Shown here: positions 50,763 to 59,928 of the stretch, piece by piece
Layout of the letters: each line of letters opens with the position of its first letter
How positions within the stretch are numbered: position 1 is the first letter of the stretch
From: a virus
Virus record (IMG/VR): IMGVR_UViG_3300044970_000539
Location: 1 to 64,000 of that record
DNA: 64,000 nucleotides
Strand: one strand, 5' to 3'
Position numbers and translations under genes: made by a program
Notes under the pieces: generated by a model
What the model saw: the letters and a program-made list of their open reading frames with translations, nothing else
The model's database searches: none
Told to the model about the DNA's origin: nothing

Positions 50763-51087
50763 TGAGTTTGATGACTATAATCTATTCCTTCGTGCTATAA
50801 GCGTTGCTTTATCTGGAATGAAAGAAGAAGAAAAAGATTTTATAATTTATTCTGTTGGTCCAACAAGGGTCAACTCTTTTGTTTCAGAGTTTTCAAACCT
50901 TTCAGAAAGAGGAATGAAAGCAAGGGGTCGTAAGATAAAGTTTTATAAAGTTCCAGAAAGTTGGGTACATGACAACATGGACAGCGTAAACTATTTTGCA
51001 TTTCTTAGCAAACCAAAAGAGCCAGTATCCAAACTAACTACTTTTGCAGAATCAAAAAATGTAGAAGTAGGAATATTCCGTTACTAA
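50737..51087 (+). CDS. SLOG/YspA-like hypothetical protein
   Basis: IVAVQGT..F.DY N-terminal pattern. Confidence 0.4.
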   Translation: MIVAVQGTNEFDDYNLFLRAISVALSGMKEEEKDFIIYSVGPTRVNSFVSEFSNLSERGMKARGRKIKFYKVPESWVHDNMDSVNYFAFLSKPKEPVSKLTTFAESKNVEVGIFRY

Positions 51088-51100
51088 AAGAAAGAATACA

Positions 51101-51310
51101 ATGATAATTAATTCGTTAGCACAAATGGAAAAGATTGTTTCAAAGAACAAAGAACTTGAATGGGTTGGCTGGGATGTTGTTGAACGCAAGCGATCAGACC
51201 TTGCAAGAACATCACCAAGCGGAGTTCGTGTAAAAAATGCATGGTACCTACAAAAAACTTTTAACCTTAATCGTAATGGTTGGGATATTCCAAACAAATA
51301 CGGTCAGTAA
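51101..51310 (+). CDS. Hypothetical protein
   Basis: Co-oriented ORF immediately before whiB. Confidence 0.5.
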   Translation: MIINSLAQMEKIVSKNKELEWVGWDVVERKRSDLARTSPSGVRVKNAWYLQKTFNLNRNGWDIPNKYGQ

Positions 51311-51595
51311 ATGAAGCAACATTTATGGAAAGATCAAGCAGCGTGTCTTGGTCTTGATACTAATATCTTTTTTGATAAGTATGAAGACAATGTAGATGTG
51401 CGCCCAATTGTAGATTCAATGTGCCAAAGGTGTCCAGTATCAAAGGTTTGCTTTGCTAACGGTGTTTCTGGTAAAGAGTACGGTGTATGGGGTGGGGTGT
51501 TCCTTGAACTTGGAAATATATCTAGAGAGTTTAATAAACACAAAACCAAACAAGACTGGGCTAATACTTGGCAAGCATTGACAATGGAGAAATAA
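51311..51595 (+). CDS. whiB: WhiB-family Fe-S transcription factor
   Basis: W...AAC...FF...C..CPV...C...YGVWGG. Confidence 0.92.
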   Translation: MKQHLWKDQAACLGLDTNIFFDKYEDNVDVRPIVDSMCQRCPVSKVCFANGVSGKEYGVWGGVFLELGNISREFNKHKTKQDWANTWQALTMEK

Positions 51596-51826
51596 TTGTA
51601 CACTGATCAAATGCGTAGAGCCTTTCACTCTGTAGTACCTCCAAAGGGTTTTGCTATAGAGTTAATTGATAATGAACACTTTTTAACTATTAAGTTAAAT
51701 GAACTTAAGTTTGCAAACATGGTTCATGACGATAAAATACAGGCTCTTCAATATGTTTTAAATTTAAAGAAAGCATTGGAAATGGAAGGGGCTATCGTCC
51801 TAGTAACAAGAGAGGCAATAAAGTGA
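51596..51826 (+). CDS. Hypothetical protein
   Basis: Coupled ORF between whiB and the glycosyltransferase. Confidence 0.5.
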   Translation: MYTDQMRRAFHSVVPPKGFAIELIDNEHFLTIKLNELKFANMVHDDKIQALQYVLNLKKALEMEGAIVLVTREAIK

Positions 51827-52737
51827 AAATCTTTGTATCTATTGCATCTTATCGTGATCCAGAACTTCAATGGACAATTAAAAGTGCTATTACAAATGCA
51901 AATAATCCAGACAATCTATATTTTGGTGTTGTTCATCAGGGAGTTGATTCAGAACTGTTTGATATTCAGGAAATTAAAAACATATCTATAACTAAAATGC
52001 ATCCAAAAGAAGCAAGAGGTGCAGGATATGCAAGAGCAAAAGCAATGGAGTTATACTCTGGACAAGAGTATTTTCTTCAAATTGATTCACATACTAGATT
52101 TGTTCCTGGTTGGGACTCTATATCTATTGATCAGTTGAATAGGGCTAAGAATATATCTGGCCATAGTCGTGTATTGTTATCATACTTTCCTGCCCCGTTT
52201 GAGCCAGAAAGAAATGGCGGTATGTATTTAATTACAAACAACCCAAAAGTAAAGCCATATCCAACTAGACAAAAGATATCATTAAATAAAAGAAAACAGT
52301 GGACAGCAGAAAGACTTGAGTTTAATAACAAACTAAAAGAAGATCCAGAACTTTCTGAAACAGTTCTTGGTGGCTTTATGTTTTCAGATGGTTCAATAGT
52401 TAGTGAAGTTCCTTATGATTCAGAAATTAGTTTCTTTGGTGAAGAGATTTGTTTTGCTATGAGATCATGGACAAGAGGATGGGATATATATTCTCCTTCA
52501 AAAAATATTGTATACCACTTTTATTCTCGTGGAGGATACAGTAAGATATGGAAAGATAGAAATCTACGTGGAATATCTTGGAAAGAGTTAGAAGAAATAT
52601 CATACAACAAACAAAAAAGAATTCTTTGTGGTGAAGAAGAAGGTGTGTTTGGTGCTGGAAACGTTAGAACCCTTGCCGAGTATGAGATCTTTACTAATAC
52701 TAACTTTAAAGATTTTTATAGTTTGACAAAACCTTAG
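51823..52737 (+). CDS. GT60-like GlcNAc-transferase (Skp1/polypeptide alpha-GlcNAc transferase family)
   Basis: IFVSIASYRDPEL, A.GAGYAR, LQIDSHTRF..GWD, F.GEE...R.WT.G.D.Y.P and YHFY. Confidence 0.85.
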   Translation: MKIFVSIASYRDPELQWTIKSAITNANNPDNLYFGVVHQGVDSELFDIQEIKNISITKMHPKEARGAGYARAKAMELYSGQEYFLQIDSHTRFVPGWDSISIDQLNRAKNISGHSRVLLSYFPAPFEPERNGGMYLITNNPKVKPYPTRQKISLNKRKQWTAERLEFNNKLKEDPELSETVLGGFMFSDGSIVSEVPYDSEISFFGEEICFAMRSWTRGWDIYSPSKNIVYHFYSRGGYSKIWKDRNLRGISWKELEEISYNKQKRILCGEEEGVFGAGNVRTLAEYEIFTNTNFKDFYSLTKP

Positions 52738-52757
52738 TGTTAGGATATAATTAAAAC

Positions 52758-53204
52758 ATGTGGAGTGGTGATATGAAAGATATTTTTATTGTTGTTTTTG
52801 CAACATTGTCAGTTTGCTTTGCAGCATCATATATTTTAGTCTTAGGACAGTCCATTAAACTTAAAAGAGATGTTTCAAAACTTTTTATTGAAAAGACTTT
52901 GCTTCAAGAATATGTTGATATAACTAAGTCTACAAAAATAAAAGAAGATTCAGATGACTCAATACACAAAGAAAACTTTATTAAGTTTCTTTCTGATTCT
53001 AGACTATGGGCATTTGAATATATTGAGAATGTACAAAAAGGTTTAACTAAATTTGTTAATGATGTTGATGCAGACATATCATACTTTGATGAATATGGAG
53101 AAGCCTTATCTATGTCAAGACCAGACTATCCATCTATGAAGAATATTTCAAAAGCATATAAAGAATTAAAAACACTATTACCAGAAGATGAAATAAAACA
53201 ATGA
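52758..53204 (+). CDS. Membrane-anchored hypothetical protein
   Basis: N-terminal TM helix; TTGACA-N17-TATAAT-N6-ATG. Confidence 0.55.
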   Translation: MWSGDMKDIFIVVFATLSVCFAASYILVLGQSIKLKRDVSKLFIEKTLLQEYVDITKSTKIKEDSDDSIHKENFIKFLSDSRLWAFEYIENVQKGLTKFVNDVDADISYFDEYGEALSMSRPDYPSMKNISKAYKELKTLLPEDEIKQ

Positions 53205-53359
53205 GAGATATATTGTTGTCAACACTAACAGGTTTTGGATGTGGTGTAGTATTTGCTGCATTCAAATTGCCAGTTCCAGCACCGCCAGTTTTTGCGGGAG
53301 TCGCAGGAATTGTAGGGCTGTGGGCTGGATATGCTATACTAATAAAGGTTCTATCCTAG
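53201..53359 (+). CDS. XapX/DUF1427-like small membrane protein (52 aa, not in the ORF track)
   Basis: G...G.VF...KLPVPAPP..AG..GI.G...GY signature. Confidence 0.75.
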   Translation: MRDILLSTLTGFGCGVVFAAFKLPVPAPPVFAGVAGIVGLWAGYAILIKVLS

Positions 53360-53367
53360 GAGGAAAA

Positions 53368-53637
53368 ATGAACACAGAACAACTAAAGGCAGTACTTGCA
53401 TCATACGGACGTTCAGTCCTTGCATCAGGCCTTGCACTATACATGGCAGGCGTAACAGATCCAAAGGATCTATGGACTGCACTTGTTGCTGCAGTTGCGC
53501 CAGTTGCAATTAGAGCAATCAACCCTAATGACAAGGCGTTTGGCGTATTGCCAGATGCTAAGGAAGTAGAGAAGGCTCTTAAGGGTGCAAAGGCACCCGT
53601 AAAGAAGGCTGCTAAGAAGGCTGCTCCAAAGAAGTAA
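53368..53637 (+). CDS. Putative holin
   Basis: GGAGG RBS; SYGRS, hydrophobic helices, RAINPND.AFG and a basic KKAA tail. Confidence 0.6.
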   Translation: MNTEQLKAVLASYGRSVLASGLALYMAGVTDPKDLWTALVAAVAPVAIRAINPNDKAFGVLPDAKEVEKALKGAKAPVKKAAKKAAPKK

Positions 53638-53654
53638 TATTTACTTACAGAATT

Positions 53655-53686
53655 GCCAGTCTAGAAATAGGCTGGCTTTTTTGTTT
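53655..53686. terminator. Terminator between convergent transcription units
   Basis: GCCAGTCTA-gaaa-TAGGCTGGC followed by TTTTTTG, at the strand switch. Confidence 0.8.
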
Positions 53687-54720
53687 TATGAATTAATTAA
53701 ATCAATATACTTTTGTTTTAGTGAGTCTATTGAAAAGTTATTGTTGCCAAGATCAAATGCTTTATCTTTTAACTTGGGAATATCTAAGCCATAATAATCA
53801 TCAACTAATTTACCAAGCATTTTAGCATTTCCATCATAAACATCAAGCATTGTTCTTGTCTGTAGTTCGTCAATCTTATTAGATTCAAATAACCACTCCT
53901 CTGGTAAAACCTTATTGTTTGGAGATATGTTAGTCATAAAAACAGGCAGGGAACTGATTAAAGCCTCATTCATAGGAAGACATAGGCCAGCATACCTTCT
54001 AGGCAATATCATAGCGTCAAAGCCCTCATACAGGCTCTGATGGCTATCTGGGTTTGATTTGTCAATGGTTAATCTTGGATCATTGCATTTTATGTCTAAA
54101 TTGCTCTGGGTTCTTATTACTAACTCATAATCACCGATAGAATAATTAAGCATTTCAATTACTGTGTCAGTACCGTTTCTATCTTTGGCTGCAGCCTTCC
54201 CAGCAATGTGTAATAATCTTTTATGTGTTTTGCTTGTATTTATTTCTCTTGCATTAGAAAATAAGTTAATGTCAGTCGGCGGCGGTATATGAACAACCCT
54301 TGTTTTATCTCCAAATTTACTAACAACATCTTCAAAGTTCCATAGACTAGGAGCAACAAGAACATCAGGCAATGTTTGATTAGGGTTTGCTAAATAATCT
54401 AAAAACTCATAGTTATACTGCAATATTGTTTTTATTCCACGACTTTTTGCAAGATCAACAAACTTTGGATTATAAAATAATTCACAACTAAGAACTACGT
54501 CAATGTCTTTTAAAAATTCTAAGATTTCATTTGTATTTGGAAAACCTTTGATTGTGGTTTGACAGTTGTATCCTTCGTACCATTCAGGATGCTGCTTGTT
54601 TTGATTAAAAAATCTTGAGTTAATAAGCATAATCTTATCAGGATTAAGCATGTTTACTAACTCTCTTGTTTGATTACCAAGACCTGTGTTGTCTGATCTT
54701 GCAATTATTCCTAGTCTCAT
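53686..54720 (-). CDS. GT-B glycosyltransferase (GT4-like)
   Basis: TGLGNQT, LVAPS and YAGLCLPMNEAL.S.LPV. Confidence 0.8.
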   Translation of the reverse strand: MRLGIIARSDNTGLGNQTRELVNMLNPDKIMLINSRFFNQNKQHPEWYEGYNCQTTIKGFPNTNEILEFLKDIDVVLSCELFYNPKFVDLAKSRGIKTILQYNYEFLDYLANPNQTLPDVLVAPSLWNFEDVVSKFGDKTRVVHIPPPTDINLFSNAREINTSKTHKRLLHIAGKAAAKDRNGTDTVIEMLNYSIGDYELVIRTQSNLDIKCNDPRLTIDKSNPDSHQSLYEGFDAMILPRRYAGLCLPMNEALISSLPVFMTNISPNNKVLPEEWLFESNKIDELQTRTMLDVYDGNAKMLGKLVDDYYGLDIPKLKDKAFDLGNNNFSIDSLKQKYIDLINS

Positions 54721-55379
54721 GAGTCCATATCTTTATATAGTTGTTTTAATCCATTAAGCGTTCCTATGTCCATATACTTACCGCCAGGACTTACAGATCT
54801 AATATTAAGACTCATATCTATCCAATCCTGTATTTGTTTTCCTGGATGCTCTAGTAATGGATCAATATATCTAATAAGGTTTTTACGAAACAACATTGTC
54901 CCCCACATATCTGGGTAATCACAGTCAGATACTTTGTCTCTAGATGACATAACCTTGCCTTCAGATATTGATACTTGTCCAACTCTACCCTTAAGTTCTG
55001 GATCACAACTCCAGGTTCCAAGAACCAGATCTCCAGAAGTATCCATCATATCTTTATAAATATTGGTTTTGCATCCAAGAATATATGTGTCTGGCATTCC
55101 AATTAAAACGGTATCGTTATAATCTCCAACCATAAACTTAACAGCATCAGACATAGTTGAAGGTTCACGAACAACTAACTTTATATCCATATTCATATTT
55201 TGAATAATAGGAACCCATTCAGCCCTTGTTGAAACTCTAACTTCATCACATACCTCTAGCATTTGATTAACGTGCCATTGAAGTATAGATTCTTTTTCTG
55301 AAACTGGAAGACAAAACTTTGGAATACCACCTATTCTAGATGCTTTTCCTGATGCTGGTAGGATTCCTATTGTAGCCAT
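54717..55379 (-). CDS. Sugar-1-phosphate nucleotidyltransferase
   Basis: GILPASGKASR..GIPK..LP, GMPDT and Y.DIGT. Confidence 0.85.
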   Translation of the reverse strand: MATIGILPASGKASRIGGIPKFCLPVSEKESILQWHVNQMLEVCDEVRVSTRAEWVPIIQNMNMDIKLVVREPSTMSDAVKFMVGDYNDTVLIGMPDTYILGCKTNIYKDMMDTSGDLVLGTWSCDPELKGRVGQVSISEGKVMSSRDKVSDCDYPDMWGTMLFRKNLIRYIDPLLEHPGKQIQDWIDMSLNIRSVSPGGKYMDIGTLNGLKQLYKDMDS

Positions 55380-56167
55380 TACCTTAACCCATATTTTTTC
55401 TTTAATGTTGCTATATCATTTACTGGCCAATAGTCTAAAGATTTTGTTGGATCATTAAATGGGTTCTTATATTCTCCCCAACCTTCCCTTGTTCTATCCC
55501 CGCCCCACTTGGCCTTAAAGTAATCGTGAAGAGGTTCAATGTTAATTCTTAGTCCGTCTATTGTTGCGCCTCCGTCTATTTGACATGTTACATCAACTTC
55601 TGCAGCAGGTGCGTTTATTCTCATTACATAACTTATAGGTGCATTAGGATGTACAAACTGACTACGCCAAGAAACTGCAACATCTGAATCAGGATTATTT
55701 ATAACTTGTTCTTCAAGTATTCTGCACCTTTGATCCCAGTCACAATCATCAAAATTATATGGATAAAAATTTTCATCAAAATATCCAATTGCTTCAACCA
55801 ATTTTTTGTTTATTCCAGCCAAATGCCATCCATGCTGTGTTCTAAACATTAAACCATTAAAGCCATTAAGCATATCAACTATATGAGAAAAGGGTTGATT
55901 AAACAACATTGAAGACGAAACAAAAAAGGTCCAGTCGTGATTCTTTTTTAATCCTATGTTCCATGCTCTGGCTAAACCAATATTTTCTGATTGATACTCT
56001 ACCTGAAAGCCATACTTCTTCTCAAATACTTCACACTCTCTGTTGCCACTATTGTCTATAAGTAAAACATTTTTATCTTTTATAGACTCCATGCATTTGT
56101 AGATTCTTTCTGTTACCCTGTAAACAGGTATACAAATTAAATAATCAATCTCAGTATCTATTTGCAT
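55379..56167 (-). CDS. GT-A (GT2-like) glycosyltransferase
   Basis: IPVY, LIDNS, N.GLARAWN.G and IGYFDENFYP..FDD.D...R; start set at MQIDTE. Confidence 0.8.
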   Translation of the reverse strand: MQIDTEIDYLICIPVYRVTERIYKCMESIKDKNVLLIDNSGNRECEVFEKKYGFQVEYQSENIGLARAWNIGLKKNHDWTFFVSSSMLFNQPFSHIVDMLNGFNGLMFRTQHGWHLAGINKKLVEAIGYFDENFYPYNFDDCDWDQRCRILEEQVINNPDSDVAVSWRSQFVHPNAPISYVMRINAPAAEVDVTCQIDGGATIDGLRINIEPLHDYFKAKWGGDRTREGWGEYKNPFNDPTKSLDYWPVNDIATLKKKYGLR

Positions 56168-56846
56168 AAATATATCCTCCTCTTTCAGGGCTACCCAAAA
56201 TATCAATTCCAAACTGTTTTGAAAGTTTTTCAATCATTTGGCCAAATCTTCCATCAAAAGATTTATCAAATTCAAGAACTAATCTGTTTATCTTTGCTAA
56301 AGTTTCTGCGGGGGTATTTATAATAAGATCAAACTCTGCACCCTCTATATCAATCTTCATGACATCAACCTCTTTGATATCATAAGTTGAAAATAAGGTT
56401 TCTAAAGTTATTGCTAAGACTTCTGAATTATCTTCTTCTATGTCTACAATACTACTGTTGCCACCACGATTACTGATTGAAACCATCTTTTCTTCATACC
56501 AGATAGCATTATTTACTATAGTAATGTTTTCAGTAGGGTTATTTTCTATATTTTGACTAAGTAGATATAGGTTATTTGGCTCTGGTTCTACAGCGTATAC
56601 TTTGATTTTACTATCATCTGGTCTATCTTTATTAAAACTATCTACAAAAAGGCTAACTGCTCCAATATTTGCACCAACATCAACAAAAACACCACCACCA
56701 AAGAATTGGCCTTGATGTATTCTATATACATTTTCTATCCATGTTTCGTTAACTACTTTAAAGTCAAGGTTATGATCATAACTAGGATCTTCTGTATACT
56801 CTCTTATTTGAAAATTATAGTTTTCGTGGTTTAAGATAGATGTCAT
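56151..56846 (-). CDS. FkbM-family methyltransferase
   Basis: VDVGANIG, AVEP and MKIDIEGAE. Confidence 0.88.
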   Translation of the reverse strand: MTSILNHENYNFQIREYTEDPSYDHNLDFKVVNETWIENVYRIHQGQFFGGGVFVDVGANIGAVSLFVDSFNKDRPDDSKIKVYAVEPEPNNLYLLSQNIENNPTENITIVNNAIWYEEKMVSISNRGGNSSIVDIEEDNSEVLAITLETLFSTYDIKEVDVMKIDIEGAEFDLIINTPAETLAKINRLVLEFDKSFDGRFGQMIEKLSKQFGIDILGSPERGGYIYANRY

Positions 56847-57784
56847 AGGTTTAATTCTTTCAATATGTTTTGCCATCTATTTTTATAAGTATAATTAGAC
56901 TTAACTAATTCATGACCTGCTTTTCTAATTGCTTCACGCTCTTCATCATGTTCTATATAGTAATCAATTAGTTCTTTTAGTTGATTGAAGTTGCCGTACT
57001 CATAAAATACCAAATGTTTTTTGTCTTCAAACTCTCTTTCCATACCTTGGACATATGGGTGAATCATAAAGCCACCACGACCCAAGGTTTCATAAACACG
57101 ATCAGACCAGTAATCTGGGTAATCAAAGTTTATACAAAGAGTATCACCAACAACAACTTTTGTAGACCAATAAAGTTTATTAAGTTTTAGTCCACGAATT
57201 GATGGCAATCCACCACTTCCATAATGCTTAAAGTTATTTCTATATTTATCTTCAAGCCAATTAATAAGTTCAGTTCTGTAGTTCCACTCTGGATGATACT
57301 TCTTGCTACCGACAAATATAACTTGGTTGTTTAATTCTGACTCTTTATATATACACTCTTGATCATAAACTCCAGCAGGTACATAATGACCAATTACATT
57401 TGTTTTTGCATTAAACCATTCAGACATTTTTTTGTCTACCGTAAAGAAGTGCCCAATGTGTTTATATACTGGGTGAGTATCTAGATCTTTTTGTCTTTGT
57501 AGTCCAAACCAAAGATCAAGGTGATATGTCATTGTTGGGATATTATAATCTCTAAGTGTTAGCAACACCTTGTCCATTTCAAACTTTCCAGGAGTCTTCC
57601 AACCGTGTGTGTGAATCCATATGAAAAGATCTGAGTCAACAGAAGACTTTAATATGTCTTCGCTCTTAGCCTCTGTTTCTTGTAATCTTATTACTTTGTG
57701 TCCCAAAGATTCCAGGGTATTGGCATGGTGACTTTCACTAGTATAATCAACACGAAAGTTACCAAGAAAAACTATTTTTGCCAC
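56843..57784 (-). CDS. CgeB-like (Glyco_trans_1_2) glycosyltransferase
   Basis: IFVGS, WSDRVYE.LG.GGF and R..IR.AG...V....TY..R. Confidence 0.8.
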   Translation of the reverse strand: MAKIVFLGNFRVDYTSESHHANTLESLGHKVIRLQETEAKSEDILKSSVDSDLFIWIHTHGWKTPGKFEMDKVLLTLRDYNIPTMTYHLDLWFGLQRQKDLDTHPVYKHIGHFFTVDKKMSEWFNAKTNVIGHYVPAGVYDQECIYKESELNNQVIFVGSKKYHPEWNYRTELINWLEDKYRNNFKHYGSGGLPSIRGLKLNKLYWSTKVVVGDTLCINFDYPDYWSDRVYETLGRGGFMIHPYVQGMEREFEDKKHLVFYEYGNFNQLKELIDYYIEHDEEREAIRKAGHELVKSNYTYKNRWQNILKELNL

Positions 57785-57813
57785 AAATACCCCTTTGTTT
57801 TCATCTATTATAG

Positions 57814-57885
57814 CATCTCTGGTAGGATTTGAACCTACGACCTACACCTTAGAAGGGTGTCACTCTTCCGCTGAGTTACAGAGAT
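57814..57885 (-). tRNA. tRNA-Arg(TCT)
   Basis: ATCTCTG/CAGAGAT; ACACC-ctTCTaa-GGTGT; GGTTCAAATCC. Confidence 0.92.
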
Positions 57886-57889
57886 TTAG

Positions 57890-57960
57890 TAGACCTAGAA
57901 GGTAATGCTCCTTCTTCTCAGGATTAAAAGTCCTGAGCATCACTTTAATGCTTTAGGTCC
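57890..57960 (-). tRNA. tRNA-Lys(TTT) with atypical T-loop
   Basis: GGACCTA/TAGGTCT; CAGGA-ctTTTaa-TCCTG; T-arm GAAGG-AGCATTA-CCTTC. Confidence 0.75.
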
Positions 57961-57964
57961 ATAG

Positions 57965-58038
57965 TACATCTGGAAGGACTTGAACCTTCGGCTCTCTGCA
58001 TATAAGGCAGGTACTCTAACCAACTGAGTTACAGATGC
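57965..58038 (-). tRNA. tRNA-Ile(TAT)
   Basis: GCATCTG/CAGATGT; CTGC-ctTATat-GCAG; GGTTCAAGTCC. Confidence 0.85.
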
Positions 58039-58042
58039 TTAG

Positions 58043-58117
58043 TACACCAGGTAGGACTTGAACCTACGAATAGCCGAATTATGAGTTCGGTGCCTTAACC
58101 AACTTGGCTACTGGTGC
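58043..58117 (-). tRNA. tRNA with CAT anticodon (elongator Met or Ile2)
   Basis: GCACCAG/CTGGTGT; CCGAA-ctCATaa-TTCGG; lacks the initiator 3 G-C anticodon stem. Confidence 0.88.
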
Positions 58118-58127
58118 TTGCTTTATA

Positions 58128-58156
58128 AGTATATTAAAATTCTTTATCAAAGTCAA
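58128..58156 (-). promoter_or_regulatory. Promoter of the minus-strand tRNA cluster
   Basis: TTGACT-N17-TATACT, ending 10 nt before the first tRNA. Confidence 0.7.
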
Positions 58157-58574
58157 GCCAGTACTGTTTAAAGTTATCTCTTGGTTCAAGATATCTAACC
58201 TCATCAATAATTTTATGTTTTAATGCAGTCTTAATCATGTTATCAGAATAACTTCCTGGTTCTGGTTTGGCAGAAAAATAAACAACATAGTATAAAACAT
58301 TAGAAGTTTTTATTAATGCACCATTAGCAATTGCTTTTTTAACATTGTCAGTTCTTTGTGCTCCTGGTCTTTTACCCTCACCAGAAAGGCCACCCTTTGC
58401 TTCAATATACTCAAAGGTTGTTTTAGAGTGTGCACGAAAGTCTACTTCACAACCAACATTCTCAAAGCAATAATTTCTATCAATAGGACCAAAACCCCTA
58501 CTAACCAAATCTGCGTATACAAGTTCTTCAAAAGCGTCTCCTGACTTTTTAGATTGTGATTGAAAGTTTTCCAT
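58134..58574 (-). CDS. PD-(D/E)XK endonuclease
   Basis: G..FE, EVDF, IEAKG and RTD.VKKA. Confidence 0.7.
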   Translation of the reverse strand: MENFQSQSKKSGDAFEELVYADLVSRGFGPIDRNYCFENVGCEVDFRAHSKTTFEYIEAKGGLSGEGKRPGAQRTDNVKKAIANGALIKTSNVLYYVVYFSAKPEPGSYSDNMIKTALKHKIIDEVRYLEPRDNFKQYWLDFDKEF

Positions 58575-58586
58575 ATGTTTATTGTA

Positions 58587-58808
58587 TCAGTTTACTGTTT
58601 CTTTAGACCAACGTAAAAATGACTTAATGTAAACGGCAGTGTATGCAAGAGCAGCAAATATAAATCCGTACTGCTCAGTGGCAAGTGCAAAAATGATCCA
58701 TAGACACTCATTAAATATAAGCCATAGCCAGGCCCATTTCTTTTTACGACCAACAAAGTAAATTCCAGACACACCTATCACTGCAAGAACCCATGAGTAC
58801 CACTCCAT
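58587..58808 (-). CDS. Small three-TM membrane protein (PnuC-like)
   Basis: Trp-rich hydrophobic helices. Confidence 0.5.
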   Translation of the reverse strand: MEWYSWVLAVIGVSGIYFVGRKKKWAWLWLIFNECLWIIFALATEQYGFIFAALAYTAVYIKSFLRWSKETVN

Positions 58809-59141
58809 ATTAGTCCTGCTTAACTTTATATGTCATAACAAGATAGCAAATTGAATACCCAGCAACAAATGTAGGGATCAAAAATAAAATATTAATCATC
58901 TTCTTCCTCAAATTCTCTAAGGGCGTTGCTATTATCATTACAATAATTACAATCGCCATATTCTACTCTATTACCACAGTAGTTACAAAACATTTATTAT
59001 TCTACCAAATTTTCTTTTATTTCTTTTAAAACATTATTTTTAATTTTAAACATGTTGTAATACTCATCAAGACTTCTTATTTTAACCCTTCTATTAGATT
59101 TTGAATTAATAACTAAGTCTTTATAATAATATAATTTATCA

Positions 59142-59834
59142 TTATTCATATGTTTTTTTAAACCACTTATTATTCTTATAGTTTCCATAAAAAACATTCA
59201 TAGATCTTGCTCTTTCATCATTATCCTCTTGTTGCATACTTAAATCTTTTTCTGCTTTCCAGTTTTCTCTTTTAAATGGAAGAATTTGTAAAATTGGAGT
59301 TCCCTTTTCTATTAAACCAGAAAACCCAGTTTTTAAGAAAAATGGAACTTGACCACCAAACATAATTTTTTCTGCATCAACAATTCCAGTGGAACTTAAA
59401 AATGGAAGTTCATATCTATTAAATGGATGAGAAATAAGCAAGGAGTATCCTGGAGGAGTTTTCATTGCATATGGCAATCTCCACATATAATGCATTGTTT
59501 CATCATATCCAGCAGGTGTTGGAACGTTTGTTGTTTCAGATTTTCTTTGTTGAAATGGTGGAACATTTCCAGCCCACTTAATTGACTTATCTTTTTCATC
59601 AAAAAATATATCACACCAAAGTTCAATTGTGTATCCAGATAGAAGAGTATCAAAAAATGGAATACAAGATTTTAGATTTTTTGCTGCATTATTATTTTTA
59701 TCAAAAACCATGTTTGATTTATTATATGCTTTTATGGATTTAAACCAGTCTGGAATATAATTTTTTGATGGACCTATATCATCAATTCCAGTATCTAATG
59801 GTGTATATTTAAAAATATTTTTGTTTTTCCACAT
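59142..59834 (-). CDS. Hypothetical protein, paralogue of 24743..25474
   Basis: PDWFK, K.C.PF.D...GY, HP.NRYELPF, GIVDA and GTPILQILPFKRE.W. Confidence 0.55.
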   Translation of the reverse strand: MWKNKNIFKYTPLDTGIDDIGPSKNYIPDWFKSIKAYNKSNMVFDKNNNAAKNLKSCIPFFDTLLSGYTIELWCDIFFDEKDKSIKWAGNVPPFQQRKSETTNVPTPAGYDETMHYMWRLPYAMKTPPGYSLLISHPFNRYELPFLSSTGIVDAEKIMFGGQVPFFLKTGFSGLIEKGTPILQILPFKRENWKAEKDLSMQQEDNDERARSMNVFYGNYKNNKWFKKTYE

Positions 59835-59928
59835 AGTTAAACCCTTCTTTATTGTTGACATTTTGTTTAGAATACCTTTTAATTGTATCATATTGAAAAA
59901 ATTTTTGCAAGTATGGTAGAATTATAAT

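Noticed and set aside
53239-53367. Cys-rich N-terminal extension of the holin ORF in the track
   Set aside because: It overlaps the XapX-like gene in another frame; a GGAGG RBS supports ATG 53368.
57814-58574. tRNA cluster as a prophage attachment site or host boundary
   Set aside because: No integrase or duplicated tRNA end, and phage-style genes and promoters continue on both sides.
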